From the human T2T-CHM13v2.0 reference genome, Homo sapiens, in the NCBI RefSeq assembly GCF_009914755.1, contig NC_060931.1: a DNA stretch of 64,000 nt. One strand, written 5' to 3'. The first letter of the stretch is position 1; the number at the start of each line of letters is the position of its first letter. Below, piece after piece: positions 1-12,900 of the stretch. Position numbers and translations under genes: made by a program. Below the pieces are notes generated by a model. The model had not been told where the DNA came from, made no database searches, and saw only the letters and a list, made by a program, of their open reading frames with translations.

Positions 1-218
1 ACTCTTGCTGTGGCATTTTCAGGTGGAGATTTCAAGCGATTTGAGGACAATTGCAGAAAAGGAAATATCTTCGTATAATAACCAGACAGAATCATTCTCA
101 GAAAGTGCTTTGTGATGTGTGCGTTCAACTCACAGAGTTTAACCTTTCTTTTCATAGAGGAGTTTGGAAACACACTGTTTGTAAAGTCTGCAAGTGGATA
201 TATGGACCTGTTTGAGGC

Positions 219-235
219 CTTCGTTGGAAACGGGA
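219..235 (+). other. Canonical CENP-B box in m1 (recurs in each full HOR)
   Basis: Exact 17-mer CTTCGTTGGAAACGGGA. Confidence 0.97.
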
Positions 236-558
236 TTTCTTCATTGAATGCTAGACGGAAGAATTCTCAGTAAATTCTTTGTGTTGTGTGCATTCAACTC
301 ACAGAGTGGAACGTCCCTTTAGACAGAGCAGATTTGAAACACTCTTTTTGCGGAATTTGCAAGTGGAGATTTCTAGCCATTTGATGCCAACAGTAGAAAG
401 GGAAATATCTTCAAATAAAAACCAGACAGAATCATTCTCAGAAAATTCTTTGTGATGTGTGCGTTCAACTCACATAGTTTAACCTTTCTTTTCATAGAGC
501 AGTTTGGAAACACTCTGTTTGTAAAGTCTGCAAGTGGATATATGGACCGCATTGAGGC

Positions 559-575
559 CTTCGTTGGAAACGGGA
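559..575 (+). other. Canonical CENP-B box in m3 (recurs in each HOR)
   Basis: Exact 17-mer CTTCGTTGGAAACGGGA, 340 bp after the m1 box. Confidence 0.97.
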
Positions 576-732
576 TTTCTTCATTTCATGCTAGACAGAA
601 GAATTCTCAGTAACTTCTTTGTGCTGTGTGTATTCAACTCACAGAGTGGAACGTCCCTTTGCACAGAGCAGATTTGAAACACTCTTTTTGTGGAGTTTGC
701 AAGTGGAGATTTCAAGCGATTTGATGCCAACA

Positions 733-752
733 GTAGAAAAGGAAATATCTTC
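733..752 (+). other. A-box / pJalpha-like motif of the non-CENP-B monomer m4 (variants in m2 and m6)
   Basis: GTAGAAAAGGAAATATCTTC lies at the position equivalent to the CENP-B box. m2 has GTAGAAAGGGAAA and m6 has GCAGAAAAGGAAA. Confidence 0.7.
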
Positions 753-898
753 AAATAAAAACTAGACAGAATCATTCTCAGAAACTACTTTGTGATGTGT
801 GCCTTCAACTCACAGAGTTCAACCTTTCTTTTCTTAGAGCAGTTTAGAAACACTCTGCTTGTTATGTCTGCAAGTGGATATTTGGACCTCTTTGAGGC

Positions 899-915
899 CT
901 TCGTTGCAAACGGGG
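899..915 (+). other. Variant CENP-B box in m5, core retained (recurs in each HOR)
   Basis: CTTCGTTGCAAACGGGG has two differences from canonical, both outside the nine essential positions NTTCGNNNNANNCGGGN. Confidence 0.9.
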
Positions 916-3900
916 TTTCTTCCTTTCATGCTAGACTAAGAAGAATTCTCAGTAACTTTTTTGTGTTGTGTGTATTCAACTCACAGAGTTGAACCTTGCT
1001 TTAGAGAGAGCAGATTTGAAACACTCTTGCTGTGGCATTTTCAGGTGGAGATTTCAAGCGATTTGAGGACAATTGCAGAAAAGGAAATATCTTCGTATAA
1101 TAACCAGACAGAATCATTCTCAGAAAGTGCTTTGTGATGTGTGCGTTCAACTCACAGAGTTTAACCTTTCTTTTCATAGAGGAGTTTGGAAACACACTGT
1201 TTGTAAAGTCTGCAAGTGGATACATGGACCTGTTTGAGGCCTTCGTTGGAAACGGGATTTCTTCATTGAATGCTAGACGGAAGAATTCTCAGTAAATTCT
1301 TTGTGTTGTGTGCATTCAACTCACAGAGTGGAACGTCCCTTTAGACAGAGCAGATTTGAAACACTCTTTTTGCGGAATTTGCAAGTGGAGATTTCTAGCC
1401 ATTTGATGCCAACAGTAGAAAGGGAAATATCTTCAAATAAAAACCAGACAGAATCATTCTCAGAAAATTCTTTGTGATGTGTGCGTTCAACTCACATAGT
1501 TTAACCTTTCTTTTCATAGAGCAGTTTGGAAACACTCTGTTTGTAAAGTCTGCAAGTGGATATATGGACCGCATTGAGGCCTTCGTTGGAAACGGGATTT
1601 CTTCATTTCATGCTAGACAGAAGAATTCTCAGTAACTTCTTTGTGCTGTGTGTATTCAACTCACAGAGTGGAACGTCCCTTTGCACAGAGCAGATTTGAA
1701 ACACTCTTTTTGTGGAGTTTGCAAGTGGAGATTTCAAGCGATTTGATGCCAACAGTAGAAAAGGAAATATCTTCAAATAAAAACTAGACAGAATCATTCT
1801 CAGAAACTACTTTGTGATGTGTGCCTTCAACTCACAGAGTTCAACCTTTCTTTTCTTAGAGCAGTTTAGAAACACTCTGCTTGTTATGTCTGCAAGTGGA
1901 TATTTGGACCTCTTTGAGGCCTTCGTTGCAAACGGGGTTTCTTCCTTTCATGCTAGACTAAGAAGAGTTCTCAGTAACTTTTTTGTGTTGTGTGTATTCA
2001 ACTCACAGAGTTGAACCTTGCTTTAGAGAGAGCAGATTTGAAACACTCTTGCTGTGGCATTTTCAGGTGGAGATTTCAAGCGATTTGAGGACAATTGCAG
2101 AAAAGGAAATATCTTCGTATAATAACCAGACAGAATCATTCTCAGAAAGTGCTTTGTGATGTGTGCGTTCAACTCACAGAGTTTAACCTTTCTTTTCATA
2201 GAGGAGTTTGGAAACACACTGTTTGTAAAGTCTGCAAGTGGATATATGGACCTGTTTGAGGCCTTCGTTGGAAACGGGATTTCTTCATTGAATGCTAGAC
2301 GGAAGAATTCTCAGTAAATTCTTTGTGTTGTGTGCATTCAACTCACAGAGTGGAACGTCCCTTTAGACAGAGCAGATTTGAAACACTCTTTTTGCGGAAT
2401 TTGCAAGTGGAGATTTCTAGCCATTTGATGCCAACAGTAGAAAGGGAAATATCTTCAAATAAAAACCAGACAGAATCATTCTCAGAAAATTCTTTGTGAT
2501 GTGTGCGTTCAACTCACATAGTTTAACCTTTCTTTTCATAGAGCAGTTTGGAAACACTCTGTTTGTAAAGTCTGCAAGTGGATATATGGACCGCATTGAG
2601 GCCTTCGTTGGAAACGGGATTTCTTCATTTCATGCTAGACAGAAGAATTCTCAGTAACTTCTTTGTGCTGTGTGTATTCAACTCACAGAGTGGAACGTCC
2701 CTTTGCACAGAGCAGATTTGAAACACTCTTTTTGTGGAGTTTGCAAGTGGAGATTTCAAGCGATTTGATGCCAACAGTAGAAAAGGAAATATCTTCAAAT
2801 AAAAACTAGACAGAATCATTCTCAGAAACTACTTTGTGATGTGTGCCTTCAACTCACAGAGTTCAACCTTTCTTTTCTTAGAGCAGTTTAGAAACACTCT
2901 GCTTGTTATGTCTGCAAGTGGATATTTGGACCTCTTTGAGGCCTTCGTTGCAAACGGGGTTTCTTCCTTTCATGCTAGACTAAGAAGAGTTCTCAGTAAC
3001 TTTTTTGTGTTGTGTGTATTCAACTCACAGAGTTGAACCTTGCTTTAGAGAGAGCAGATTTGAAACACTCTTGCTGTGGCATTTTCAGGTGGAGATTTCA
3101 AGCGATTTGAGGACAATTGCAGAAAAGGAAATATCTTCGTATAATAACCAGACAGAATCATTCTCAGAAAGTGCTTTGTGATGTGTGCGTTCAACTCACA
3201 GAGTTTAACCTTTCTTTTCATAGAGGAGTTTGGAAACACACTGTTTGTAAAGTCTGCAAGTGGATACATGGACCTGTTTGAGGCCTTCGTTGGAAACGGG
3301 ATTTCTTCATTGAATGCTAGACGGAAGAATTCTCAGTAAATTCTTTGTGTTGTGTGCATTCAACTCACAGAGTGGAACGTCCCTTTAGACAGAGCAGATT
3401 TGAAACACTCTTTTTGCGGAATTTGCAAGTGGAGATTTCTAGCCATTTGATGCCAACAGTAGAAAGGGAAATATCTTCAAATAAAAACCAGACAGAATCA
3501 TTCTCAGAAAATTCTTTGTGATGTGTGCGTTCAACTCACATAGTTTAACCTTTCTTTTCATAGAGCAGTTTGGAAACACTCTGTTTGTAAAGTCTGCAAG
3601 TGGATATATGGACCGCATTGAGGCCTTCGTTGGAAACGGGATTTCTTCATTTCATGCTAGACAGAAGAATTCTCAGTAACTTCTTTGTGCTGTGTGTATT
3701 CAACTCACAGAGTGGAACGTCCCTTTGCACAGAGCAGATTTGAAACACTCTTTTTGTGGAGTTTGCAAGTGGAGATTTCAAGCGATTTGATGCCAACAGT
3801 AGAAAAGGAAATATCTTCAAATAAAAACTAGACAGAATCATTCTCAGAAACTACTTTGTGATGTGTGCCTTCAACTCACAGAGTTCAACCTTTCTTTTCT

Positions 3901-6900
3901 TAGAGCAGTTTAGAAACACTCTGCTTGTTATGTCTGCAAGTGGATATTTGGACCTCTTTGAGGACTTCGTTGCAAACGGGGTTTCTTCCTTTCATGCTAG
4001 ACTAAGAAGAGTTCTCAGTAACTTTTTTGTGTTGTGTGTATTCAACTCACAGAGTTGAACCTTGCTTTAGAGAGAGCAGATTTGAAACACTCTTGCTGTG
4101 GCATTTTCAGGTGGAGATTTCAAGCGATTTGAGGACAATTGCAGAAAAGGAAATATCTTCGTATAATAACCAGACAGAATCATTCTCAGAAAGTGCTTTG
4201 TGATGTGTGCGTTCAACTCACAGAGTTTAACCTTTCTTTTCATAGAGGAGTTTGGAAACACACTGTTTGTAAAGTCTGCAAGTGGATATATGGACCTGTT
4301 TGAGGCCTTCGTTGGAAACGGGATTTCTTCATTGAATGCTAGACGGAAGAATTCTCAGTAAATTCTTTGTGTTGTGTGCATTCAACTCACAGAGTGGAAC
4401 GTCCCTTTAGACAGAGCAGATTTGAAACACTCTTTTTGCGGAATTTGCAAGTGGAGATTTCTAGCCATTTGATGCCAACAGTAGAAAGGGAAATATCTTC
4501 AAATAAAAACCAGACAGAATCATTCTCAGAAAATTCTTTGTGATGTGTGCGTTCAACTCACATAGTTTAACCTTTCTTTTCATAGAGCAGTTTGGAAACA
4601 CTCTGTTTGTAAAGTCTGCAAGTGGATATATGGACCGCATTGAGGCCTTCGTTGGAAACGGGATTTCTTCATTTCATGCTAGACAGAAGAATTCTCAGTA
4701 ACTTCTTTGTGCTGTGTGTATTCAACTCACAGAGTGGAACGTCCCTTTGCACAGAGCAGATTTGAAACACTCTTTTTGTGGAGTTTGCAAGTGGAGATTT
4801 CAAGCGATTTGATGCCAACAGTAGAAAAGGAAATATCTTCAAATAAAAACTAGACAGAATCATTCTCAGAAACTACTTTGTGATGTGTGCCTTCAACTCA
4901 CAGAGTTCAACCTTTCTTTTCTTAGAGCAGTTTAGAAACACTCTGCTTGTTATGTCTGCAAGTGGATATTTGGACCTCTTTGAGGCCTTCGTTGCAAACG
5001 GGGTTTCTTCCTTTCATGCTAGACTAAGAAGAGTTCTCAGTAACTTTTTTGTGTTGTGTGTATTCAACTCACAGAGTTGAACCTTGCTTTAGAGAGAGCA
5101 GATTTGAAACACTCTTGCTGTGGCATTTTCAGGTGGAGATTTCAAGCGATTTGAGGACAATTGCAGAAAAGGAAATATCTTCGTATAATAACCAGACAGA
5201 ATCATTCTCAGAAAGTGCTTTGTGATGTGTGCGTTCAACTCACAGAGTTTAACCTTTCTTTTCATAGAGGAGTTTGGAAACACACTGTTTGTAAAGTCTG
5301 CAAGTGGATACATGGACCTGTTTGAGGCCTTCGTTGGAAACGGGATTTCTTCATTGAATGCTAGACGGAAGAATTCTCAGTAAATTCTTTGTGTTGTGTG
5401 CATTCAACTCACAGAGTGGAACGTCCCTTTAGACAGAGCAGATTTGAAACACTCTTTTTGCGGAATTTGCAAGTGGAGATTTCTAGCCATTTGATGCCAA
5501 CAGTAGAAAGGGAAATATCTTCAAATAAAAACCAGACAGAATCATTCTCAGAAAATTCTTTGTGATGTGTGCGTTCAACTCACATAGTTTAACCTTTCTT
5601 TTCATAGAGCAGTTTGGAAACACTCTGTTTGTAAAGTCTGCAAGTGGATATATGGACCGCATTGAGGCCTTCGTTGGAAACGGGATTTCTTCATTTCATG
5701 CTAGACAGAAGAATTCTCAGTAACTTCTTTGTGCTGTGTGTATTCAACTCACAGAGTGGAACGTCCCTTTGCACAGAGCAGATTTGAAACACTCTTTTTG
5801 TGGAGTTTGCAAGTGGAGATTTCAAGCGATTTGATGCCAACAGTAGAAAAGGAAATATCTTCAAATAAAAACTAGACAGAATCATTCTCAGAAACTACTT
5901 TGTGATGTGTGCCTTCAACTCACAGAGTTCAACCTTTCTTTTCTTAGAGCAGTTTAGAAACACTCTGCTTGTTATGTCTGCAAGTGGATATTTGGACCTC
6001 TTTGAGGACTTCGTTGCAAACGGGGTTTCTTCCTTTCATGCTAGACTAAGAAGAGTTCTCAGTAACTTTTTTGTGTTGTGTGTATTCAACTCACAGAGTT
6101 GAACCTTGCTTTAGAGAGAGCAGATTTGAAACACTCTTGCTGTGGCATTTTCAGGTGGAGATTTCAAGCGATTTGAGGACAATTGCAGAAAAGGAAATAT
6201 CTTCGTATAATAACCAGACAGAATCATTCTCAGAAAGTGCTTTGTGATGTGTGCGTTCAACTCACAGAGTTTAACCTTTCTTTTCATAGAGGAGTTTGGA
6301 AACACACTGTTTGTAAAGTCTGCAAGTGGATACATGGACCTGTTTGAGGCCTTCGTTGGAAACGGGATTTCTTCATTGAATGCTAGACGGAAGAATTCTC
6401 AGTAAATTCTTTGTGTTGTGTGCATTCAACTCACAGAGTGGAACGTCCCTTTAGACAGAGCAGATTTGAAACACTCTTTTTGCGGAATTTGCAAGTGGAG
6501 ATTTCTAGCCATTTGATGCCAACAGTAGAAAGGGAAATATCTTCAAATAAAAACCAGACAGAATCATTCTCAGAAAATTCTTTGTGATGTGTGCGTTCAA
6601 CTCACATAGTTTAACCTTTCTTTTCATAGAGCAGTTTGGAAACACTCTGTTTGTAAAGTCTGCAAGTGGATATATGGACCGCATTGAGGCCTTCGTTGGA
6701 AACGGGATTTCTTCATTTCATGCTAGACAGAAGAATTCTCAGTAACTTCTTTGTGCTGTGTGTATTCAACTCACAGAGTGGAACGTCCCTTTGCACAGAG
6801 CAGATTTGAAACACTCTTTTTGTGGAGTTTGCAAGTGGAGATTTCAAGCGATTTGATGCCAACAGTAGAAAAGGAAATATCTTCAAATAAAAACTAGACA

Positions 6901-9900
6901 GAATCATTCTCAGAAACTACTTTGTGATGTGTGCCTTCAACTCACAGAGTTCAACCTTTCTTTTCTTAGAGCAGTTTAGAAACACTCTGCTTGTTATGTC
7001 TGCAAGTGGATATTTGGACCTCTTTGAGGCCTTCGTTGCAAACGGGGTTTCTTCCTTTCATGCTAGACTAAGAAGAGTTCTCAGTAACTTTTTTGTGTTG
7101 TGTGTATTCAACTCACAGAGTTGAACCTTGCTTTAGAGAGAGCAGATTTGAAACACTCTTGCTGTGGCATTTTCAGGTGGAGATTTCAAGCGATTTGAGG
7201 ACAATTGCAGAAAAGGAAATATCTTCGTATAATAACCAGACAGAATCATTCTCAGAAAGTGCTTTGTGATGTGTGCGTTCAACTCACAGAGTTTAACCTT
7301 TCTTTTCATAGAGGAGTTTGGAAACACACTGTTTGTAAAGTCTGCAAGTGGATACATGGACCTGTTTGAGGCCTTCGTTGGAAACGGGATTTCTTCATTG
7401 AATGCTAGACGGAAGAATTCTCAGTAAATTCTTTGTGTTGTGTGCATTCAACTCACAGAGTGGAACGTCCCTTTAGACAGAGCAGATTTGAAACACTCTT
7501 TTTGCGGAATTTGCAAGTGGAGATTTCTAGCCATTTGATGCCAACAGTAGAAAAGGAAATATCTTCAAATAAAAACCAGACAGAATCATTCTCAGAAAAT
7601 TCTTTGTGATGTGTGCGTTCAACTCACATAGTTTAACCTTTCTTTTCATAGAGCAGTTTGGAAACACTCTGTTTGTAAAGTCTGCAAGTGGATATATGGA
7701 CCGCATTGAGGCCTTCGTTGGAAACGGGATTTCTTCATTTCATGCTAGACAGAAGAATTCTCAGTAACTTCTTTGTGCTGTGTGTATTCAACTCACAGAG
7801 TGGAACGTCCCTTTGCACAGAGCAGATTTGAAACACTCTTTTTGTGGAGTTTGCAAGTGGAGATTTCAAGCGATTTGATGCCAACAGTAGAAAAGGAAAT
7901 ATCTTCAAATAAAAACTAGACAGAATCATTCTCAGAAACTACTTTGTGATGTGTGCCTTCAACTCACAGAGTTCAACCTTTCTTTTCTTAGAGCAGTTTA
8001 GAAACACTCTGCTTGTTATGTCTGCAAGTGGATATTTGGACCTCTTTGAGGCCTTCGTTGCAAACGGGGTTTCTTCCTTTCATGCTAGACTAAGAAGAGT
8101 TCTCAGTAACTTTTTTGTGTTGTGTGTATTCAACTCACAGAGTTGAACCTTGCTTTAGAGAAAGCAGATTTGAAACACTCTTGCTGTGGCATTTTCAGGT
8201 GGAGATTTCAAGCGATTTGAGGACAATTGCAGAAAAGGAAATATCTTCGTATAATAACCAGACAGAATCATTCTCAGAAAGTGCTTTGTGATGTGTGCGT
8301 TCAACTCACAGAGTTTAACCTTTCTTTTCATAGAGGAGTTTGGAAACACACTGTTTGTAAAGTCTGCAAGTGGATACATGGACCTGTTTGAGGCCTTCGT
8401 TGGAAACGGGATTTCTTCATTGAATGCTAGACGGAAGAATTCTCAGTAAATTCTTTGTGTTGTGTGCATTCAACTCACAGAGTGGAACGTCCCTTTAGAC
8501 AGAGCAGATTTGAAACACTCTTTTTGCGGAATTTGCAAGTGGAGATTTCTAGCCATTTGATGCCAACAGTAGAAAAGGAAATATCTTCAAATAAAAACCA
8601 GACAGAATCATTCTCAGAAAATTCTTTGTGATGTGTGCGTTCAACTCACATAGTTTAACCTTTCTTTTCATAGAGCAGTTTGGAAACACTCTGTTTGTAA
8701 AGTCTGCAAGTGGATATATGGACCGCATTGAGGCCTTCGTTGGAAACGGGATTTCTTCATTTCATGCTAGACAGAAGAATTCTCAGTAACTTCTTTGTGC
8801 TGTGTGTATTCAACTCACAGAGTGGAACGTCCCTTTGCACAGAGCAGATTTGAAACACTCTTTTTGTGGAGTTTGCAAGTGGAGATTTCAAGCGATTTGA
8901 TGCCAACAGTAGAAAAGGAAATATCTTCAAATAAAAACTAGACAGAATCATTCTCAGAAACTACTTTGTGATGTGTGCCTTCAACTCACAGAGTTCAACC
9001 TTTCTTTTCTTAGAGCAGTTTAGAAACACTCTGCTTGTTATGTCTGCAAGTGGATATTTGGACCTCTTTGAGGCCTTCGTTGCAAACGGGGTTTCTTCCT
9101 TTCATGCTAGACTAAGAAGAGTTCTCAGTAACTTTTTTGTGTTGTGTGTATTCAACTCACAGAGTTGAACCTTGCTTTAGAGAGAGCAGATTTGAAACAC
9201 TCTTGCTGTGGCATTTTCAGGTGGAGATTTCAAGCGATTTGAGGACAATTGCAGAAAAGGAAATATCTTCGTATAATAACCAGACAGAATCATTCTCAGA
9301 AAGTGCTTTGTGATGTGTGCGTTCAACTCACAGAGTTTAACCTTTCTTTTCATAGAGGAGTTTGGAAACACACTGTTTGTAAAGTCTGCAAGTGGATATA
9401 TGGACCTGTTTGAGGCCTTCGTTGGAAACGGGATTTCTTCATTGAATGCTAGACGGAAGAATTCTCAGTAAATTCTTTGTGTTGTGTGCATTCAACTCAC
9501 AGAGTGGAACGTCCCTTTAGACAGAGCAGATTTGAAACACTCTTTTTGCGGAATTTGCAAGTGGAGATTTCTAGCCATTTGATGCCAACAGTAGAAAGGG
9601 AAATATCTTCAAATAAAAACCAGACAGAATCATTCTCAGAAAATTCTTTGTGATGTGTGCGTTCAACTCACATAGTTTAACCTTTCTTTTCATAGAGCAG
9701 TTTGGAAACACTCTGTTTGTAAAGTCTGCAAGTGGATATATGGACCGCATTGAGGCCTTCGTTGGAAACGGGATTTCTTCATTTCATGCTAGACAGAAGA
9801 ATTCTCAGTAACTTCTTTGTGCTGTGTGTATTCAACTCACAGAGTGGAACGTCCCTTTGCACAGAGCAGATTTGAAACACTCTTTTTGTGGAGTTTGCAA

Positions 9901-12900
9901 GTGGAGATTTCAAGCGATTTGATGCCAACAGTAGAAAAGGAAATATCTTCAAATAAAAACTAGACAGAATCATTCTCAGAAACTACTTTGTGATGTGTGC
10001 CTTCAACTCACAGAGTTTAACCTTTCTTTTCTTAGAGCAGTTTAGAAACACTCTGCTTGTTATGTCTGCAAGTGGATATTTGGACCTCTTTGAGGCCTTC
10101 GTTGCAAACGGGGTTTCTTCCTTTCATGCTAGACTAAGAAGAGTTCTCAGTAACTTTTTTGTGTTGTGTGTATTCAACTCACAGAGTTGAACCTTGCTTT
10201 AGAGAGAGCAGATTTGAAACACTCTTGCTGTGGCATTTTCAGGTGGAGATTTCAAGCGATTTGAGGACAATTGCAGAAAAGGAAATATCTTCGTATAATA
10301 ACCAGACAGAATCATTCTCAGAAAGTGCTTTGTGATGTGTGCGTTCAACTCACAGAGTTTAACCTTTCTTTTCATAGAGGAGTTTGGAAACACACTGTTT
10401 GTAAAGTCTGCAAGTGGATACATGGACCTGTTTGAGGCCTTCGTTGGAAACGGGATTTCTTCATTGAATGCTAGACGGAAGAATTCTCAGTAAATTCTTT
10501 GTGTTGTGTGCATTCAACTCACAGAGTGGAACGTCCCTTTAGACAGAGCAGATTTGAAACACTCTTTTTGCGGAATTTGCAAGTGGAGATTTCTAGCCAT
10601 TTGATGCCAACAGTAGAAAGGGAAATATCTTCAAATAAAAACCAGACAGAATCATTCTCAGAAAATTCTTTGTGATGTGTGCGTTCAACTCACATAGTTT
10701 AACCTTTCTTTTCATAGAGCAGTTTGGAAACACTCTGTTTGTAAAGTCTGCAAGTGGATATATGGACCGCATTGAGGCCTTCGTTGGAAACGGGATTTCT
10801 TCATTTCATGCTAGACAGAAGAATTCTCAGTAACTTCTTTGTGCTGTGTGTATTCAACTCACAGAGTGGAACGTCCCTTTGCACAGAGCAGATTTGAAAC
10901 ACTCTTTTTGTGGAGTTTGCAAGTGGAGATTTCAAGCGATTTGATGCCAACAGTAGAAAAGGAAATATCTTCAAATAAAAACTAGACAGAATCATTCTCA
11001 GAAACTACTTTGTGATGTGTGCCTTCAACTCACAGAGTTCAACCTTTCTTTTCTTAGAGCAGTTTAGAAACACTCTGCTTGTTATGTCTGCAAGTGGATA
11101 TTTGGACCTCTTTGAGGCCTTCGTTGCAAACGGGGTTTCTTCCTTTCATGCTAGACTAAGAAGAGTTCTCAGTAACTTTTTTGTGTTGTGTGTATTCAAC
11201 TCACAGAGTTGAACCTTGCTTTAGAGAGAGCAGATTTGAAACACTCTTGCTGTGGCATTTTCAGGTGGAGATTTCAAGCGATTTGAGGACAATTGCAGAA
11301 AAGGAAATATCTTCGTATAATAACCAGACAGAATCATTCTCAGAAAGTGCTTTGTGATGTGTGCGTTCAACTCACAGAGTTTAACCTTTCTTTTCATAGA
11401 GGAGTTTGGAAACACACTGTTTGTAAAGTCTGCAAGTGGATATATGGACCTGTTTGAGGCCTTCGTTGGAAACGGGATTTCTTCATTGAATGCTAGACGG
11501 AAGAATTCTCAGTAAATTCTTTGTGTTGTGTGCATTCAACTCACAGAGTGGAACGTCCCTTTAGACAGAGCAGATTTGAAACACTCTTTTTGCGGAATTT
11601 GCAAGTGGAGATTTCTAGCCATTTGATGCCAACAGTAGAAAGGGAAATATCTTCAAATAAAAACCAGACAGAATCATTCTCAGAAAATTCTTTGTGATGT
11701 GTGCGTTCAACTCACATAGTTTAACCTTTCTTTTCATAGAGCAGTTTGGAAACACTCTGTTTGTAAAGTCTGCAAGTGGATATATGGACCGCATTGAGGC
11801 CTTCGTTGGAAACGGGATTTCTTCATTTCATGCTAGACAGAAGAATTCTCAGTAACTTCTTTGTGCTGTGTGTATTCAACTCACAGAGTGGAACGTCCCT
11901 TTGCACAGAGCAGATTTGAAACACTCTTTTTGTGGAGTTTGCAAGTGGAGATTTCAAGCGATTTGATGCCAACAGTAGAAAAGGAAATATCTTCAAATAA
12001 AAACTAGACAGAATCATTCTCAGAAACTACTTTGTGATGTGTGCCTTCAACTCACAGAGTTCAACCTTTCTTTTCTTAGAGCAGTTTAGAAACACTCTGC
12101 TTGTTATGTCTGCAAGTGGATATTTGGACCTCTTTGAGGCCTTCGTTGCAAACGGGGTTTCTTCCTTTCATGCTAGACTAAGAAGAGTTCTCAGTAACTT
12201 TTTTGTGTTGTGTGTATTCAACTCACAGAGTTGAACCTTGCTTTAGAGAGAGCAGATTTGAAACACTCTTGCTGTGGCATTTTCAGGTGGAGATTTCAAG
12301 CGATTTGAGGACAATTGCAGAAAAGGAAATATCTTCGTATAATAACCAGACAGAATCATTCTCAGAAAGTGCTTTGTGATGTGTGCGTTCAACTCACAGA
12401 GTTTAACCTTTCTTTTCATAGAGGAGTTTGGAAACACACTGTTTGTAAAGTCTGCAAGTGGATATATGGACCTGTTTGAGGCCTTCGTTGGAAACGGGAT
12501 TTCTTCATTGAATGCTAGACGGAAGAATTCTCAGTAAATTCTTTGTGTTGTGTGCATTCAACTCACAGAGTGGAACGTCCCTTTAGACAGAGCAGATTTG
12601 AAACACTCTTTTTGCGGAATTTGCAAGTGGAGATTTCTAGCCATTTGATGCCAACAGTAGAAAAGGAAATATCTTCAAATAAAAACCAGACAGAATCATT
12701 CTCAGAAAATTCTTTGTGATGTGTGCGTTCAACTCACATAGTTTAACCTTTCTTTTCATAGAGCAGTTTGGAAACACTCTGTTTGTAAAGTCTGCAAGTG
12801 GATATATGGACCGCATTGAGGCCTTCGTTGGAAACGGGATTTCTTCATTTCATGCTAGACAGAAGAATTCTCAGTAACTTCTTTGTGCTGTGTGTATTCA

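Larger units (their letters stand above)
93..1114 (+). repeat. First complete HOR unit (1022 bp): m1 93-261, m2 262-432, m3 433-601, m4 602-772, m5 773-943, m6 944-1114
   Basis: Monomer starts read directly at 93, 262, 433, 602, 773, 944, with the next HOR at 1115. Lengths are 169/171/169/171/171/171. m5 has a 2-bp TA insertion (CTAGACTAAGAAG versus CTAGACAGAAG). The monomer numbering is my own. Confidence 0.95.
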
